Source: Octopus sinensis
Taxonomy: Eukaryota
Reading direction: 5' to 3'
Assembly: GCF_006345805.1 (NCBI RefSeq)
Contig: NC_042999.1
Span: 99,014,001 to 99,078,000 of the forward strand
Length of the DNA stretch: 64,000 bases
The notes under the pieces: generated by a model
Database searches by the model: none
Seen by the model: only the letters and a program-made list of their open reading frames with translations
Told to the model about the DNA's origin: nothing
Part shown: positions 1-10,982 of the stretch, piece by piece
Position numbering within the stretch: the stretch's first letter is position 1
Layout: the number at the start of each line of letters is the position of its first letter
Made by a program: the position numbers and the translations under genes

Positions 1-251
1 CTTCCACATTTTTCTTTCCCCTCCCTCCTGCTCTCCTTCCTCCCATATCTCCCCTTCCTTCTTTTTCTCCTTCCTCCTTCTCACCCAATTCCTTCTCTCT
101 CTCTCTCTCTCTTACGGACTCATTTACATCGTGAGGTCAAGAGCTTAAAAGGGCCAGTGCATAGTAGCACCAACTTAGAATCCAGTCTGAGTGTCAAGTT
201 CAAACCAAAATTATTGCCACAAATAAACTTGAATACCACTTATTACTTTAA

Positions 252-471
252 CCCTTTCATTACTGTATTTATTTTAAGATGCTCAGTGTTTCTTTCAATC
301 ACTTTAAATATAACAAAAAATTTAGTAAAATAACTTAGTTATCATTCAGCTAGTATTAGGAACATAAATTGTGACTAAGGCTTGGTGGAAGATTTTAATT
401 CAAAACTTATGAAAACAAGACATTTGTACTCAGAGCCAGAGCCGGTTTCAGCCAGGTTGGTAATGAAAGGG
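252..471. mobile_element. piggyBac-type MITE (220 bp)
   Basis: TTAA at 248-251 and 472-475; perfect 12-bp TIR CCCTTTCATTAC / GTAATGAAAGGG. Confidence 0.75.
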
Positions 472-866
472 TTAAGAATGTTGTCCTTTCTATACTATAA
501 TCCAATTTTCCATTAGTTAAATTGGCTTATGTTTCTGGTATTGGTTTGTTGTTGCTGTTCAGCTCCAGATTCACTCTGGTTGAACAAACTGTGACCAACA
601 CAATGCATTCTTTTTGTAACTAAAACTACAATATCTTCTTTTTCTTCATGAAGATGGTAAGGTGTGATTTGAAGAAATTTGGTTGCTATTTCTAGTTCTT
701 TGAGCAACTGTGAAGTAGTTCCTTTGTTGTCTCTAACTGTGGTATAGTGTATTAAGAGTATTGAAAACTATGTGCGATAAGAGTTTATGAGTTCAATCCT
801 AACTGGGTCACATGTACATATACACATATATCATTTAATGGCAAATTCAAAACCTGTTTTAGACTC

Positions 867-911
<45 letters not shown>

Positions 912-1553
912 TGCTCTCTTTCTCTGTTTGTATATTATTTAAGTTAATTTTTGGAAGTTCAAGACATTTAAAATGTATTTTAAAAGTATTATAGAAGTTT
1001 CTAAATTTTACCAGAGCAAATTATGAATTTGTAATTATGTGCTGTTGTTTGTTATTTATTCATTAAATACTGGGTTAAGTGTTTGTTAGAAATTAAATGT
1101 TTTTCTTCTGTTATGTAAATGTTTTATATTAAATCAGTATGATTACACTATTGATCTCCTGGGACAAAGAACATTTGATTGATTTCTAAACCATTATTAA
1201 TATTCAAAACGTTTTGTGTATTTAATTTCTTATTGCATCTCTACCAAGGAAGGTGGTGCTGGTGATGGTAGTAGGAGTAATATTTCAAGATCTTAAATTT
1301 ATTACTTGCTATAAAAGGAAAGAATATCTGTTCAATATGACATATGGAAGTCAATTGTTTGCTGTTTCTGAAATTGTAATAATTAATATATATATATATA
1401 TATACAAAAAGCAATAAAGATTCAAGTTAATTTAAATGAATTTACTTGAATAAGGTACCTAACTTAGATGCACCAAAAAGAACTATACTGTTTTAACAAT
1501 ACAGTAATGTGGGGTGATTATAAGCGAGAAAGAAGCAACAAGAATGGATAGGT

Positions 1554-1644
1554 TTTTAGTACAATCGTTTCATACAAGGACAGGCTTTATTAAAAGTTGT
1601 AAAAATTACAGCATATAAACGTGTCCCGTACTCATCAGCTAAAA
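1554..1644 (-). ncRNA. Type I hammerhead ribozyme motif (copy in left arm)
   Basis: Exact reverse complement of 3276-3366. Confidence 0.75.
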
Positions 1645-3275
1645 TACATGTGAGTTCTCTAGACATCCTAGTGGTTGAGGCTATACTCATGAAGTAATGT
1701 AGATAATTAAGTAACATAAACAGATTTCCAAAGTTCATTAAAGTTCTTTAAAGATGATGTACAGTCTTATCACAGAATTTTAAAAAAGTTCTAATAGCGT
1801 CACAGAGAAGGTGACCTAATCCATAGAGCACATATGAATTTCCAGAGATATGATGAGGGATTACATACTCACAGAAGACAAATTTATCCATTGTTAATCA
1901 CAACGAGGTGGGTCTCAATTCCTGCTTATTAGCATTACAGAGAGGGTGAATTAATCCTTTGTATAGTACTTATACGCTGCTTAATTGAGGCCTTACCTAA
2001 TTTCAAACTCATAATCTTTTAAATTCTTAATTTTAAATCTTAATTGTAATTTTTAATTTTAATTCCTAACTTAATCTAATTTAAGTAGCATAACTCTAAT
2101 AAAATAAAATGAGATACTATAGCCCCATAATTCTATTTCAAAATTAAATAAATAAGGCTACCCTCTCGGTGATAATATGATTATCTTCATTATGATAGAC
2201 AATCCCCTAACACCTTGTAAATGATCTTCTAAGATTTGACCTGTAGCCCGTCAATGTATGAATAATAACGGCAACTCCTTAAGACAATAAAATGAATAAA
2301 TTAAATAAGTAAGTTTTATTGACTTTTTGATAAGATTATACTTAGATTTTCCTAATGTATTTTCTTTTGATTTTAGCATCTGACCCCTAAACCCCTGACT
2401 GTGTTATCTCTTTAGATTCTCTTTAAATTCATAGCTGATTTCAACAGCAATAAATTAACTGTTTTACTGGCCAAAGGAATAATATTCTCCTCTAGTTCAT
2501 AGATGCCTGTAAATTAAAACCAGACTTGCCCTCTACTAATTCTTCTGGATAACTAGAACCCTCTTTTTTATTTTTATTTTTTTCCCTTCTTTCCCTATTT
2601 CTTTCTCTTTTCTCTTTTTTCTGTTTCTTCTTCTTATTCTCTTTTTCCTTTTCTCTTCTCTTTTAGTCCCCCCCCTTTTTTTGCTCCCTCCTCCCTTATT
2701 TTCTCTCTTTCCTCTATTCCCTTCCCTTTCTATTCTTGGCCTCTCCAGAAGGCCCTTCAGCCTTTATAAGTTAAATAGCTACAGCCTCTTGTAAATAGCA
2801 GTAATGTGATTAATGTGGCAAATACCTAATCATATAACAAGAATTGATACCTACCTCATTGTGTTCAACCATTGATAAATTTATCGCCTGTGAATATGAA
2901 ATTCCTCTTCATTTCTCTGGAAACTTACATCTACACCATTGGAAATTGTGTATCTATACAAAGGATTAATTCACCCTCTCTGTAATGCTAATAAGCAGGA
3001 ATTGAGACCCACCTCGTTGTGATTAACAATGGATAAATTTGTCTTCTGTGAGTATGTAATCCCTCATCATATCTCTGGAAATTCATATGTGCTCTATGGA
3101 TTAGGTCACCTTCTCTGTGACGCTATTAGAACTTTTTTAAAATTCTGTGATAAGACTGTACATCATCTTTAAAGAACTTTAATGAACTTTGGAAATCTGT
3201 TTATGTTACTTAATTATCTACATTACTTCATGAGTATAGCCTCAACCACTAGGATGTCTAGAGAACTCACATGTA

Positions 3276-3366
3276 TTTTAGCTGATGAGTACGGGACACG
3301 TTTATATGCTGTAATTTTTACAACTTTTAATAAAGCCTGTCCTTGTATGAAACGATTGTACTAAAA
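3276..3366 (+). ncRNA. Type I hammerhead ribozyme motif with extended helix II
   Basis: Helix I TTTTAG/CTAAAA; core CTGATGA at 3282-3288; helix II GTACGGGACA/TGTCCTTGTAT with a 39-nt loop; GAAA at 3349-3352; helix III ACGATTGT (one change from the palindrome ACGATCGT); GTA cleavage triplet ending at 3360. Confidence 0.75.
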
Positions 3367-3396
3367 ACCTATCCATTCTTGTTGCTTCTTTCTCGC

Positions 3397-3431
<35 letters not shown>

Positions 3432-3577
3432 GTCTGCTTGCCATATACCAAAGTTAATTGTTATTTTAGATGTAAAGTTCCATGCCATTCTAAACAAAAG
3501 GACTGGGTAATTAGGCTAAGAAGTACATAATGAAATGGGAAATGTACTCTTTCACCTATTGGGTTTAGGTATTGTAT

Positions 3578-3900
3578 TGGTATGGACAGTTGTTAGAGCA
3601 TCAGGCTCACAATAATGAGGTTGTGCTTTTGATTCCTGGACTGAGCTGTATGTTGTGTTCTCTAGCAACACACTCCAGTTCACTCAGCTGTAGAAATGAG
3701 TTGTGGTGTCACTGGTGCCAAGCTGTATTGGACTTTGCTTTTCCCTTGGATAACATTGGTGGCATGGAGAGAGGAGGCTGGTATGCATGGGTGACTGCTG
3801 GTCTTCCATAAACAGTCTTGCTTGGACTTGTACCTCGGAAGCTAACATTCTTGGTGTAAACCTTTGGTCATCTATGACTGAAGGGTACCTTCACCCTATG
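3578..3900 (+). mobile_element. Degenerate tRNA-derived SINE (same family as 37821-38148)
   Basis: Shares the body cagctgtagaaatgag...gtcactggtgccaagctgt...ggataacattggtggc with the reverse complement of 37821-38148; boundaries approximate. Confidence 0.6.
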
Positions 3901-4384
3901 GGCATGTGATGCCTATGAAGGGCATAAAGGTTATAAAGATGCCCCATGAGCTTGAAGTGAATGGAGCTTGTGGAAGAGGGAGAGAGAAAAAAACTAAAGG
4001 TAAAGTAATGAAAAGAGATCTGAATCTGTTATAACTCATGAGGGAATTGATAAATGATTGTGTTGATTTGTAGTGTGCTGTGTTAGAGAAGATCCACTCA
4101 TATGTGCAGGCATTGCAAAACAGACATTAAAATTTAGCAATGTATATTTGTGTGTATGTGTGTGTGTGTGTGTGTAAACAATATATTAGACCATTTGTGT
4201 TTAGTTTACTCTACCTCCACCCTTCTTTTCTATATATCCATAATTACTCATTATCACTTTGTCTGCCTGTATACTCATTCCTTTTCTCTCAATCATCTTA
4301 GGCCTCTATCAATTGTCATCTCTCTGCCATTGCTGCCCCCCTTTGGGTCACAAAGACTTCTATCCCTTTCCTACTATCTCAGTA

Positions 4385-4593
4385 ATATTCTTTACTACTT
4401 GAGGCCCAAGGCCTGAAATTTTGGGAGAGGGGTCCAGTCGATTAGATTGATCCCAGTATGCAACTGGTACTTAATTTATTGACCCCAAAAGGATGAAAGG
4501 CAAATTCGACCTTGGTGGAATTCGAACTCAGAACAAAAAGACAGATGAAATACCACTAAGCATTTCACCTAGCATGCTAACATTTCTGCCAGC
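4385..4593 (-). mobile_element. Short interspersed repeat (SINE-like; related copies near 25900, 42510, 47640, 52450, 63760)
   Basis: Recurrent motif gttcgaattcc..caaggtcgaatttgcctttcatccttt.ggggtcaataaa..aagtaccagt seen at several positions; boundaries approximate. Confidence 0.6.
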
Positions 4594-5231
4594 TTGCTGC
4601 CTTACTATCTCAGTAATATTGCATTTAATATTTGTGCCTATCTTAGAATACTTAGCATCCCTATCACTCACCCCGCTATTGCACAAATAGAGACTTACAT
4701 AAACATACATGTATGCATACATGCATGTATGTATGCATACATGCATGTATGCATGCATGTGTGCATGCCTGCCTACACTGGCAGTAGGTATGATCCTTCT
4801 GTATAGCACCCTGGCAAGTATTTTTTTTTTCTGTAGTCACATATTCAACAATAACTTGGGAGTTGAATTTAGTTGACAGAAATTATGCAGAAATCCATTA
4901 AGTGTATGTTTGTGTGTATGCATCTGAAACACTTACATGTACACACACACACACACACACATCCACACACACACATATGGAAGTATGTTTATAATTATGA
5001 ACAAGTCACAATTATAACTAAGAGGGTTTCAAAAACTCTTACATGATTATTTATAGTAATAGAGATATTGGGGAAAACTAGCGAAGGCATGGAATAGGAT
5101 GGAGGTAAATTCCAAGGCAAAGTGAAAGGAATTAATGAAAAAAATAAAACTTTTGAGCTGTAGGGGGTGGTAACACCAACCAATCATCAATATAATGACC
5201 ATACACTGGGCCCATCCCAGAACCAGTCTAC

Positions 5232-5532
5232 TAATATGTTCCTTCTCAAGCCATGCCTGGCTCATAAGGGCCGGTTTCCCGGTTTCCTTGGCATATAGGT
5301 TCCCCACCTGGACGGGACGCCAGTCCGTCGCAGGTGAACTGCAAGATGCAGGAGGAAACAGTGCGAGAAAGTTGTGGCAAAAGAGTCAGCAGAAGTTCAC
5401 CATTACCTTCTGCCGGAGCCTCGTGGAGCTTAGGTGTTTCGCTCATAAACACACACATCACCCGGTCTGAAGTTTAAACCCGTGATCCCTCGTCCATGAG
5501 TCTGCTGCTCTAACCACTAGGCCATGTGCCTC
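5232..5532 (-). mobile_element. tRNA-derived SINE (same family as 36865-37154)
   Basis: The minus strand begins ggaggcacatggcctagtggttagagc (A box) and shares the core aagctccacgaggctccggcag with the copy at 36865-37154. Confidence 0.7.
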
Positions 5533-5569
5533 CACTCTACTAATATGTGCAATTTGAACAACCTTTTAA

Positions 5570-5773
5570 TACATTGAGTGCCAAGGGGAAATGTGTAAAT
5601 TGGTCCCATGTGCCACACGTAGTTTTTTTTCAAATTCGTATAGTATTTCAGTTGTATACAATAGCTGTACATGTTTCATTTTTTGATGAGAAAACATGTA
5701 TACCATATATGTACACGCAGCACATTTGTAAAGTGCCATGTATGCTAGTATTGTATACATGGCACTCAATATG
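5570..5773. mobile_element. piggyBac-type MITE (204 bp)
   Basis: TTAA at 5566-5569 and 5774-5777; TIR (T/C)A(C/T)ATTGAGTGCCA. Confidence 0.7.
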
Positions 5774-6997
5774 TTAAACAAGTTGCATCATTTTCGGTAT
5801 AACTTCACATATATGCATTTGTGAGTGTGTGTCTGGGGTGGGGGCGGAGTCAGCCTCATCATCAACATTATATATCCAGATTCCATGTTGAACACACACA
5901 CACACACACACATATGAACATGCATGCACTCACACATGCACCCACACATGCATCTACCCCCCCCCCACTCACACACAAGCACCTACATACACATGTATTC
6001 AGACATATGGAATAATGAAGGCTATGGGTGTATGAAAATAAGAACTGTAAGAAACCGTTATCAATTGTCTATATTTAACTGAGAAAATGGAGAGCATAAT
6101 TAAAAATAGGACCAGGTGGAGACAGTTTATGAGAAAGGAGAGAATTTAAAATGATGTATTATGTGAGCTAAGCTATATACTGCAATGCATTACAATTCTA
6201 TCTTATTTCTATGGTAGACAAAAATTGCATACAAATTTTATTTTAACAATAAAATTTTATTTTCTCCAAAGAAATAAAATCTTTATATTTTTTCCGAATA
6301 AAATTAAAAAGGAATTGCATGCTGAAAAGGAATGAAACTAACAATAAAAACTTCAACTCATAAACCAAATTAAAGCAAACATGATAAAGTGAGACAGAAT
6401 GATTAGAGTATAGAATTAATCAAACAATAGCAAATTTTGTCAGCTACTGGGAATGAAAGAATAGTAGAAAAAGATTCTTTAATATTAAGCAGTATCACAG
6501 TCTAATAATTATTATTTTTTTTTTATTCCTGTTAAGTCAGATTTACAGAATTATAGATTACAGATTGGTTAAAAGTAACAACAGGGAAGATAATGGTTTT
6601 CTCAGTTCTCTTAAAATTGTCTCTGGTTATTTTGTCATTGGACATTATGCAAGCAGGTGGAGACAATGAAACACATGCTTTGTTTAGAGTGAAAAGGAAA
6701 AAAAGTGGCAGTCAGTTTAGGATAAAATCAATAGTCCATCCGTCTTTGCTAATGTTTTTCGCGAAAAAATATCAACTTTCATTTTGACTTTATCACTAAA
6801 AGAGAAAAAGAAATATCAGTGAAGTGAAAGCCAACAATAGCCACATTTATAGTTGAAAGATTGGGTGAAATTTCCTGAAAACCTACAAATTAATTGAATT
6901 TGTGGCAATTTAATTTTTTATTTTTGTATTAGTAGACAAAATCAAATGGTGGCTTTTGTTCAGTAATCATTAAAAGTGTTTATATCTCTCTTTATAT

Positions 6998-7428
6998 CTT
7001 TTACTTGTTTCGATCAGTGGACTATGGTCATACTGGAGCACTGTGTTGAAGAATTTTTTGGCGAGTGAATTGACCCTAGTATTTATTTTTTTGAAGCTTG
7101 GTACTTATTCTATTTGTCTCTTTTACTGAACCACCAAGTTACGGAAATATAAACACTGGTTATCAAGTGGTAGTTGGGGACAATCACAAACACAAAAACA
7201 CACACACAAACATGGATATATACATAAATCCATACATGTATGCATACACACACACTCACACACACACACACACATATATATATTATACAAGATTAACTCT
7301 TTTCAGTTTCTGACCGAAGGTTATAGTAAAAGACACTTGACACTTGGACAAGGTGCCACACACTGAGACTGAACCTGAAACCATGTGGTTAGGATAGCGA
7401 ACTTCTTACTACACAGTCATACCTGCAC
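6998..7428 (-). mobile_element. tRNA-derived SINE with internal (CA)n (family of 30123-30468 and 62985-63470)
   Basis: Reverse complement matches the head gcagg..tgactgtgtagtaagaag...gttcagtc and the tail gactgaaacaagtaaaaga; degenerate. Confidence 0.65.
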
Positions 7429-7452
7429 TTATATATATATATATATATATAT

Positions 7453-7710
7453 GAAGGCACATGGCTTAGTGGTTAGGGTGTTGTACTCACAATTCCGAGA
7501 TCATGGGTTCGATTCCCAGATTCCCAGACCAGGCATTGTGTTGCGTTCTTGAACAAAACATCTCATTTCACGTTGCTCTGTGATCATTTCAACATCTGAC
7601 ATGTGGCACCCATTCTGATGGAAGTAGGGAGCTTATGTCTACACAAACATTTGATCACTATAAACAAATCATCTGTGTGGTTGTACTGTAAGAAATTGTT
7701 GAACCCTCAT
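7453..7710 (+). mobile_element. tRNA-derived SINE
   Basis: A box tggcttagtgg and B box gggttcgattcc; follows a (TA)n tract. Confidence 0.65.
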
Positions 7711-7770
7711 ACATTGTCTAATGATGGGAGAGTCCATCATTTATGTATACATATATATATATATATATAT

Positions 7771-8083
7771 CACCTTGATCACCTTGACCGACCAGTCCGT
7801 CAGGCATCCATTTGGCACTGCTGGTGACAGCACGCTGTCCACTCCTCTCTGGATCGCGCCTTTCTCATCCACGTGATCCCAATTGTCCTCCTGAAATCGT
7901 AACTCCACCGTCATGGAGGTCTTCCGGGTGGTCTTTTCCGCTCACGCGGGTACCACTCGACAACTGCAAGATCTTCAGAAAGAAGTCCGGCGTGAGAGAT
8001 GTCATCACAGAGTATACACGCAGCAGGTATAGATGGGCTGGACATGTCGCCCGGCTCACCGATAATCGCTCGGCTCACCGATA
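7771..8083 (-). mobile_element. 5'-truncated RTE-clade LINE 3' end with an inverted 5' segment
   Basis: Minus strand 7967-7771 reads AVVEWYPRERKRPPGRPP followed by a (CAAGGTGAT)2 tail. Plus strand 7968-8070 reads RKKSGVRDVITEYTRSRYRWAGHVARLTDNR. (TA)n lies on both sides. Confidence 0.85.
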
Positions 8084-8101
8084 TATATATATATATATAT
8101 A

Positions 8102-8879
8102 CTAGCAGCATAGCCCGGCGTTGCCCGGGTATGTAAGAGCACCTAGTAGGCAACAACTAATCCCAATCTAGTCCTTTCCCTCTCAGGAACGAAGGCGCAT
8201 GTGTAGGTTGCAATGTCTTCTCTTCACTCGAATACTTCTGTGTATACGATGTTCCTAGCTGTCCCTTTGGGCGATAAAAAGGTCGAGTTGCATCCCCTAG
8301 ACAGTCTGTGGTTTGTGTTTAATACACAAATCGGTTTGCTATGTGTGCCACATATGATTTAATTAATCGATTTTTTCCAGCAATAAAGTATCCTATTGGA
8401 ATAAAAAGGGCTATATAGCTCCTTGGAGCAGACATGATGCTCGCTGTGAATTAAAAAAAAAATTCCTGCCAATTTGTGAAAGATATTGTCGAAAATATGT
8501 CATCTTGAATTTGAGCGCGATTTTCCAAAATGGCATGATTTTATCGATTTTTTCTGATGGTAAGGTATTGCATGGAAAACTAACATCAGAATTAAGTTCC
8601 TTAGGGTAACATTAAGCTTCACCATGAGTTTGGTGAAAATCGATTGCAAGTTGCAAAAACTACAACAGAAAATGTGTTGCATATAAAAAGCTTAGATTCT
8701 CGACCCCGTGTCAAATTTATCGATCTTTTCAGAACTGGGGGAACTTTTCAAAATTTTCGCTGTGTTAGTCTTGAATTATGACATTGGGCTATGTGTGTGT
8801 TAAGTTTCATCAGAATCGGTTGAAAGCCATGGTCAGGGTGAGGGTACAACCTGACAGACACACAGACAGACAAACTGCT

Positions 8880-8885
<6 letters not shown>
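8102..8885 (-). mobile_element. Non-autonomous Helitron (Lep1-like architecture)
   Basis: Minus-strand 3' end has the hairpin CCCGG-gcaacg-CCGGG, then ctatgctg, CTAG and a target T. The other end has the aagtttcat..aatcgg...(GACA)n...tttatatata motif and is buried in (TA)n. Confidence 0.75.
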
Positions 8886-8928
<43 letters not shown>

Positions 8929-9149
8929 ATAACTGTATATATGTATGCATGTATTTGTGCATTCATGCATAAATATTTATCTCTCTTCATGTCCAAACAC
9001 CTTAGGGACTCATTGGTTAGACAAATATGGGAGAATGCGCTCATAAATGTGAGATTACGAATGATGAATTCGAAATATACGTAGTAGGTAGAACTCTAAT
9101 GCCACTGTTATCACCCAAGCAATAGGCATATGTGGGTGTGCCCATGTGG

Positions 9150-9970
9150 GTAAGCAGGTAGATATGTAGGTTTGTATGTATGTATGTAGGTAGGTAGGTA
9201 TGTTGGTAAGTAGATAGGTGGGTATGTATGATTTATACAAAGGATAAAAGGGTATGATTAGAACAATAGCAGAGTGCAGGTAAGCCCATATAAATACCAA
9301 CATGTGAATATGTACAAACCTGATACACATCTATACACATCCACATACATGCATGGACAGACATGGACGGGGACACACACACACATACATGTATAGATCC
9401 ATGAACACACATGCGCACAGATATTTGCATATTAAAAAACCCACCAGATATACCCATGCATATGCTGGAGTACACTCTTGCATGTTTACACACACACACA
9501 CACGAACCTATGCACTCGCAGGATTGACTCAACTACATAAACAAGCACACCAAACTACATGTGCTCACACACACATACACATACATGCACACACAGACAT
9601 TCACGCACAATCACACATACACATGTCCAAACACACAGATGCTCACACGCAGATACACACACACACACTGTTCTCTCCTTCTCACCCCCCACATAAAAGA
9701 ACTACACTCTAAACCCATAAATTCTCAGCAGACATGAGACTGACATAACAAAAAGGACAAAAGAACAGACCTCTAAAGTGGTCACGGATGGCTTAGGCAC
9801 ATGCACACACACACACAGGCACATACAAGCAGTTACATGAATGTGCACACACAACCAAACATACATGCATATGCATGCACACATGCACACACATACATGC
9901 ACATACACAAACCTTTTGTTTATTTTCACCCTCACCTCCTCTTCTAAACAAGCACGTCTACACATAAACT
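9150..9970. repeat. Compound degenerate (CA)n/(TACA)n/(TAGG)n microsatellite region
   Basis: Visible directly; it produces the H/T-rich and V/C-rich ORFs in the track. Confidence 0.85.
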
Positions 9971-10982
9971 TACAGATATGCATACTTCCAGACATGAAAC
10001 CAATTCTCCGACAGATGCAAAGCAGACCTTTGAGCAAAAAGAGAAGTCACCAAGTCACTGAAAAGGTCACAAAGAGCTGCAAAAGAACTTTGACTAATAA
10101 ACAACTGATTGATAGTTTAACCAACACATTAAACAAATAATTGATTAGTTAGCTGATTAGTTATTTAACCAATTGACTAACAGTAAAGAAGTGGAATTGA
10201 ACCTATGCTTGTGTTATTATTAGTCTAACGACACCCCCAAGACACAAGAAAATCTCTTCATATGCACTCTTACGTATATTTATATATTTGTGCATGGATG
10301 GATGTATTGTGTGTATGCATGCATGTTTGTGTATGTGTGTGTGTGTAATTTATGTATGCATGTATGTAATGTATGTATCTATCCGTGTATTTATGTATAG
10401 GCACACATAGCACATAAACACATACCGTCTAGATTGGCTAGCTTTGCAAAATTTGGCGTTTGTATATTACCTGAAGACAGTGTTTCATATAACATTCTAC
10501 TGACCTTTAATTGGAAGTTCTAATGAGCATCATATCCCATTTAGATTTTTGGATCTGCCACTGGTGATTTCAACTCCATATTGCTGCAATGACAAGACAG
10601 TGTTCATCACGGAAGGAACTGAACTCAGCCATGCAAACTAATGAATATTAAGTTCCAGGGATGATACTTAAACTGTTAGCTCTTCAACCAATAATAGTTC
10701 AATATTCACGCTTTGTTAATTCACACATATGTCATTCAGATAATACTTAATTCAACATAAAATAGAAACTAGTACTCATCACGTAGCTGTGAAACCTTCA
10801 AGTAAGGAATACACTTTATTTATGAAGGTTTGTTTCATCACAACTTGTTAAATGTTGATGACAAGACTATCACCTACTACTACTAATTCATTGTTATATG
10901 ATTAGTAAATTTATCATCATTTATAATAATCATTATCATTTCAATAATAATCATTCTCATTTCAACTGTTCATTTGTGCATA

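Larger units (their letters stand above)
1524..3396 (+). mobile_element. Non-autonomous Penelope-like / hammerhead-bearing element with 443-bp inverted arms (1524-1966, 2954-3396) and a 987-bp spacer
   Basis: The arms were compared line by line and I found no mismatch. Each arm holds a hammerhead motif. The right end abuts (TA)n. No target-site duplication was seen. Confidence 0.65.

Noticed and set aside
3182-3364. Identical 60-aa ORFs at 3182-3364 (+) and 1556-1738 (-) as a gene pair
   Set aside because: Identity follows from the inverted repeat. The ORF overlaps the hammerhead and has no recognisable motif, so it is not called as CDS.
1524-3396. Arms as Maverick/Polinton or other DNA-transposon TIRs
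   Set aside because: No AG-type terminus or TSD was seen, the internal tandem repeat is cut at one arm only, and hammerheads favour a Penelope-type origin. Not fully excluded.
6551-6596. ITDWLKV as the missing upstream RGS exon (GSDIVQWL...)
   Set aside because: No GSD-like start, wrong phase and no suitable donor at the expected length.
9055-10140. His/Thr-rich and Val/Cys-rich ORFs here and at similar sites (4528-4809, 5788-6015, 41408-41821, 63339-63680)
   Set aside because: Translations of CA/TG/TA microsatellites or SINE antisense strands.
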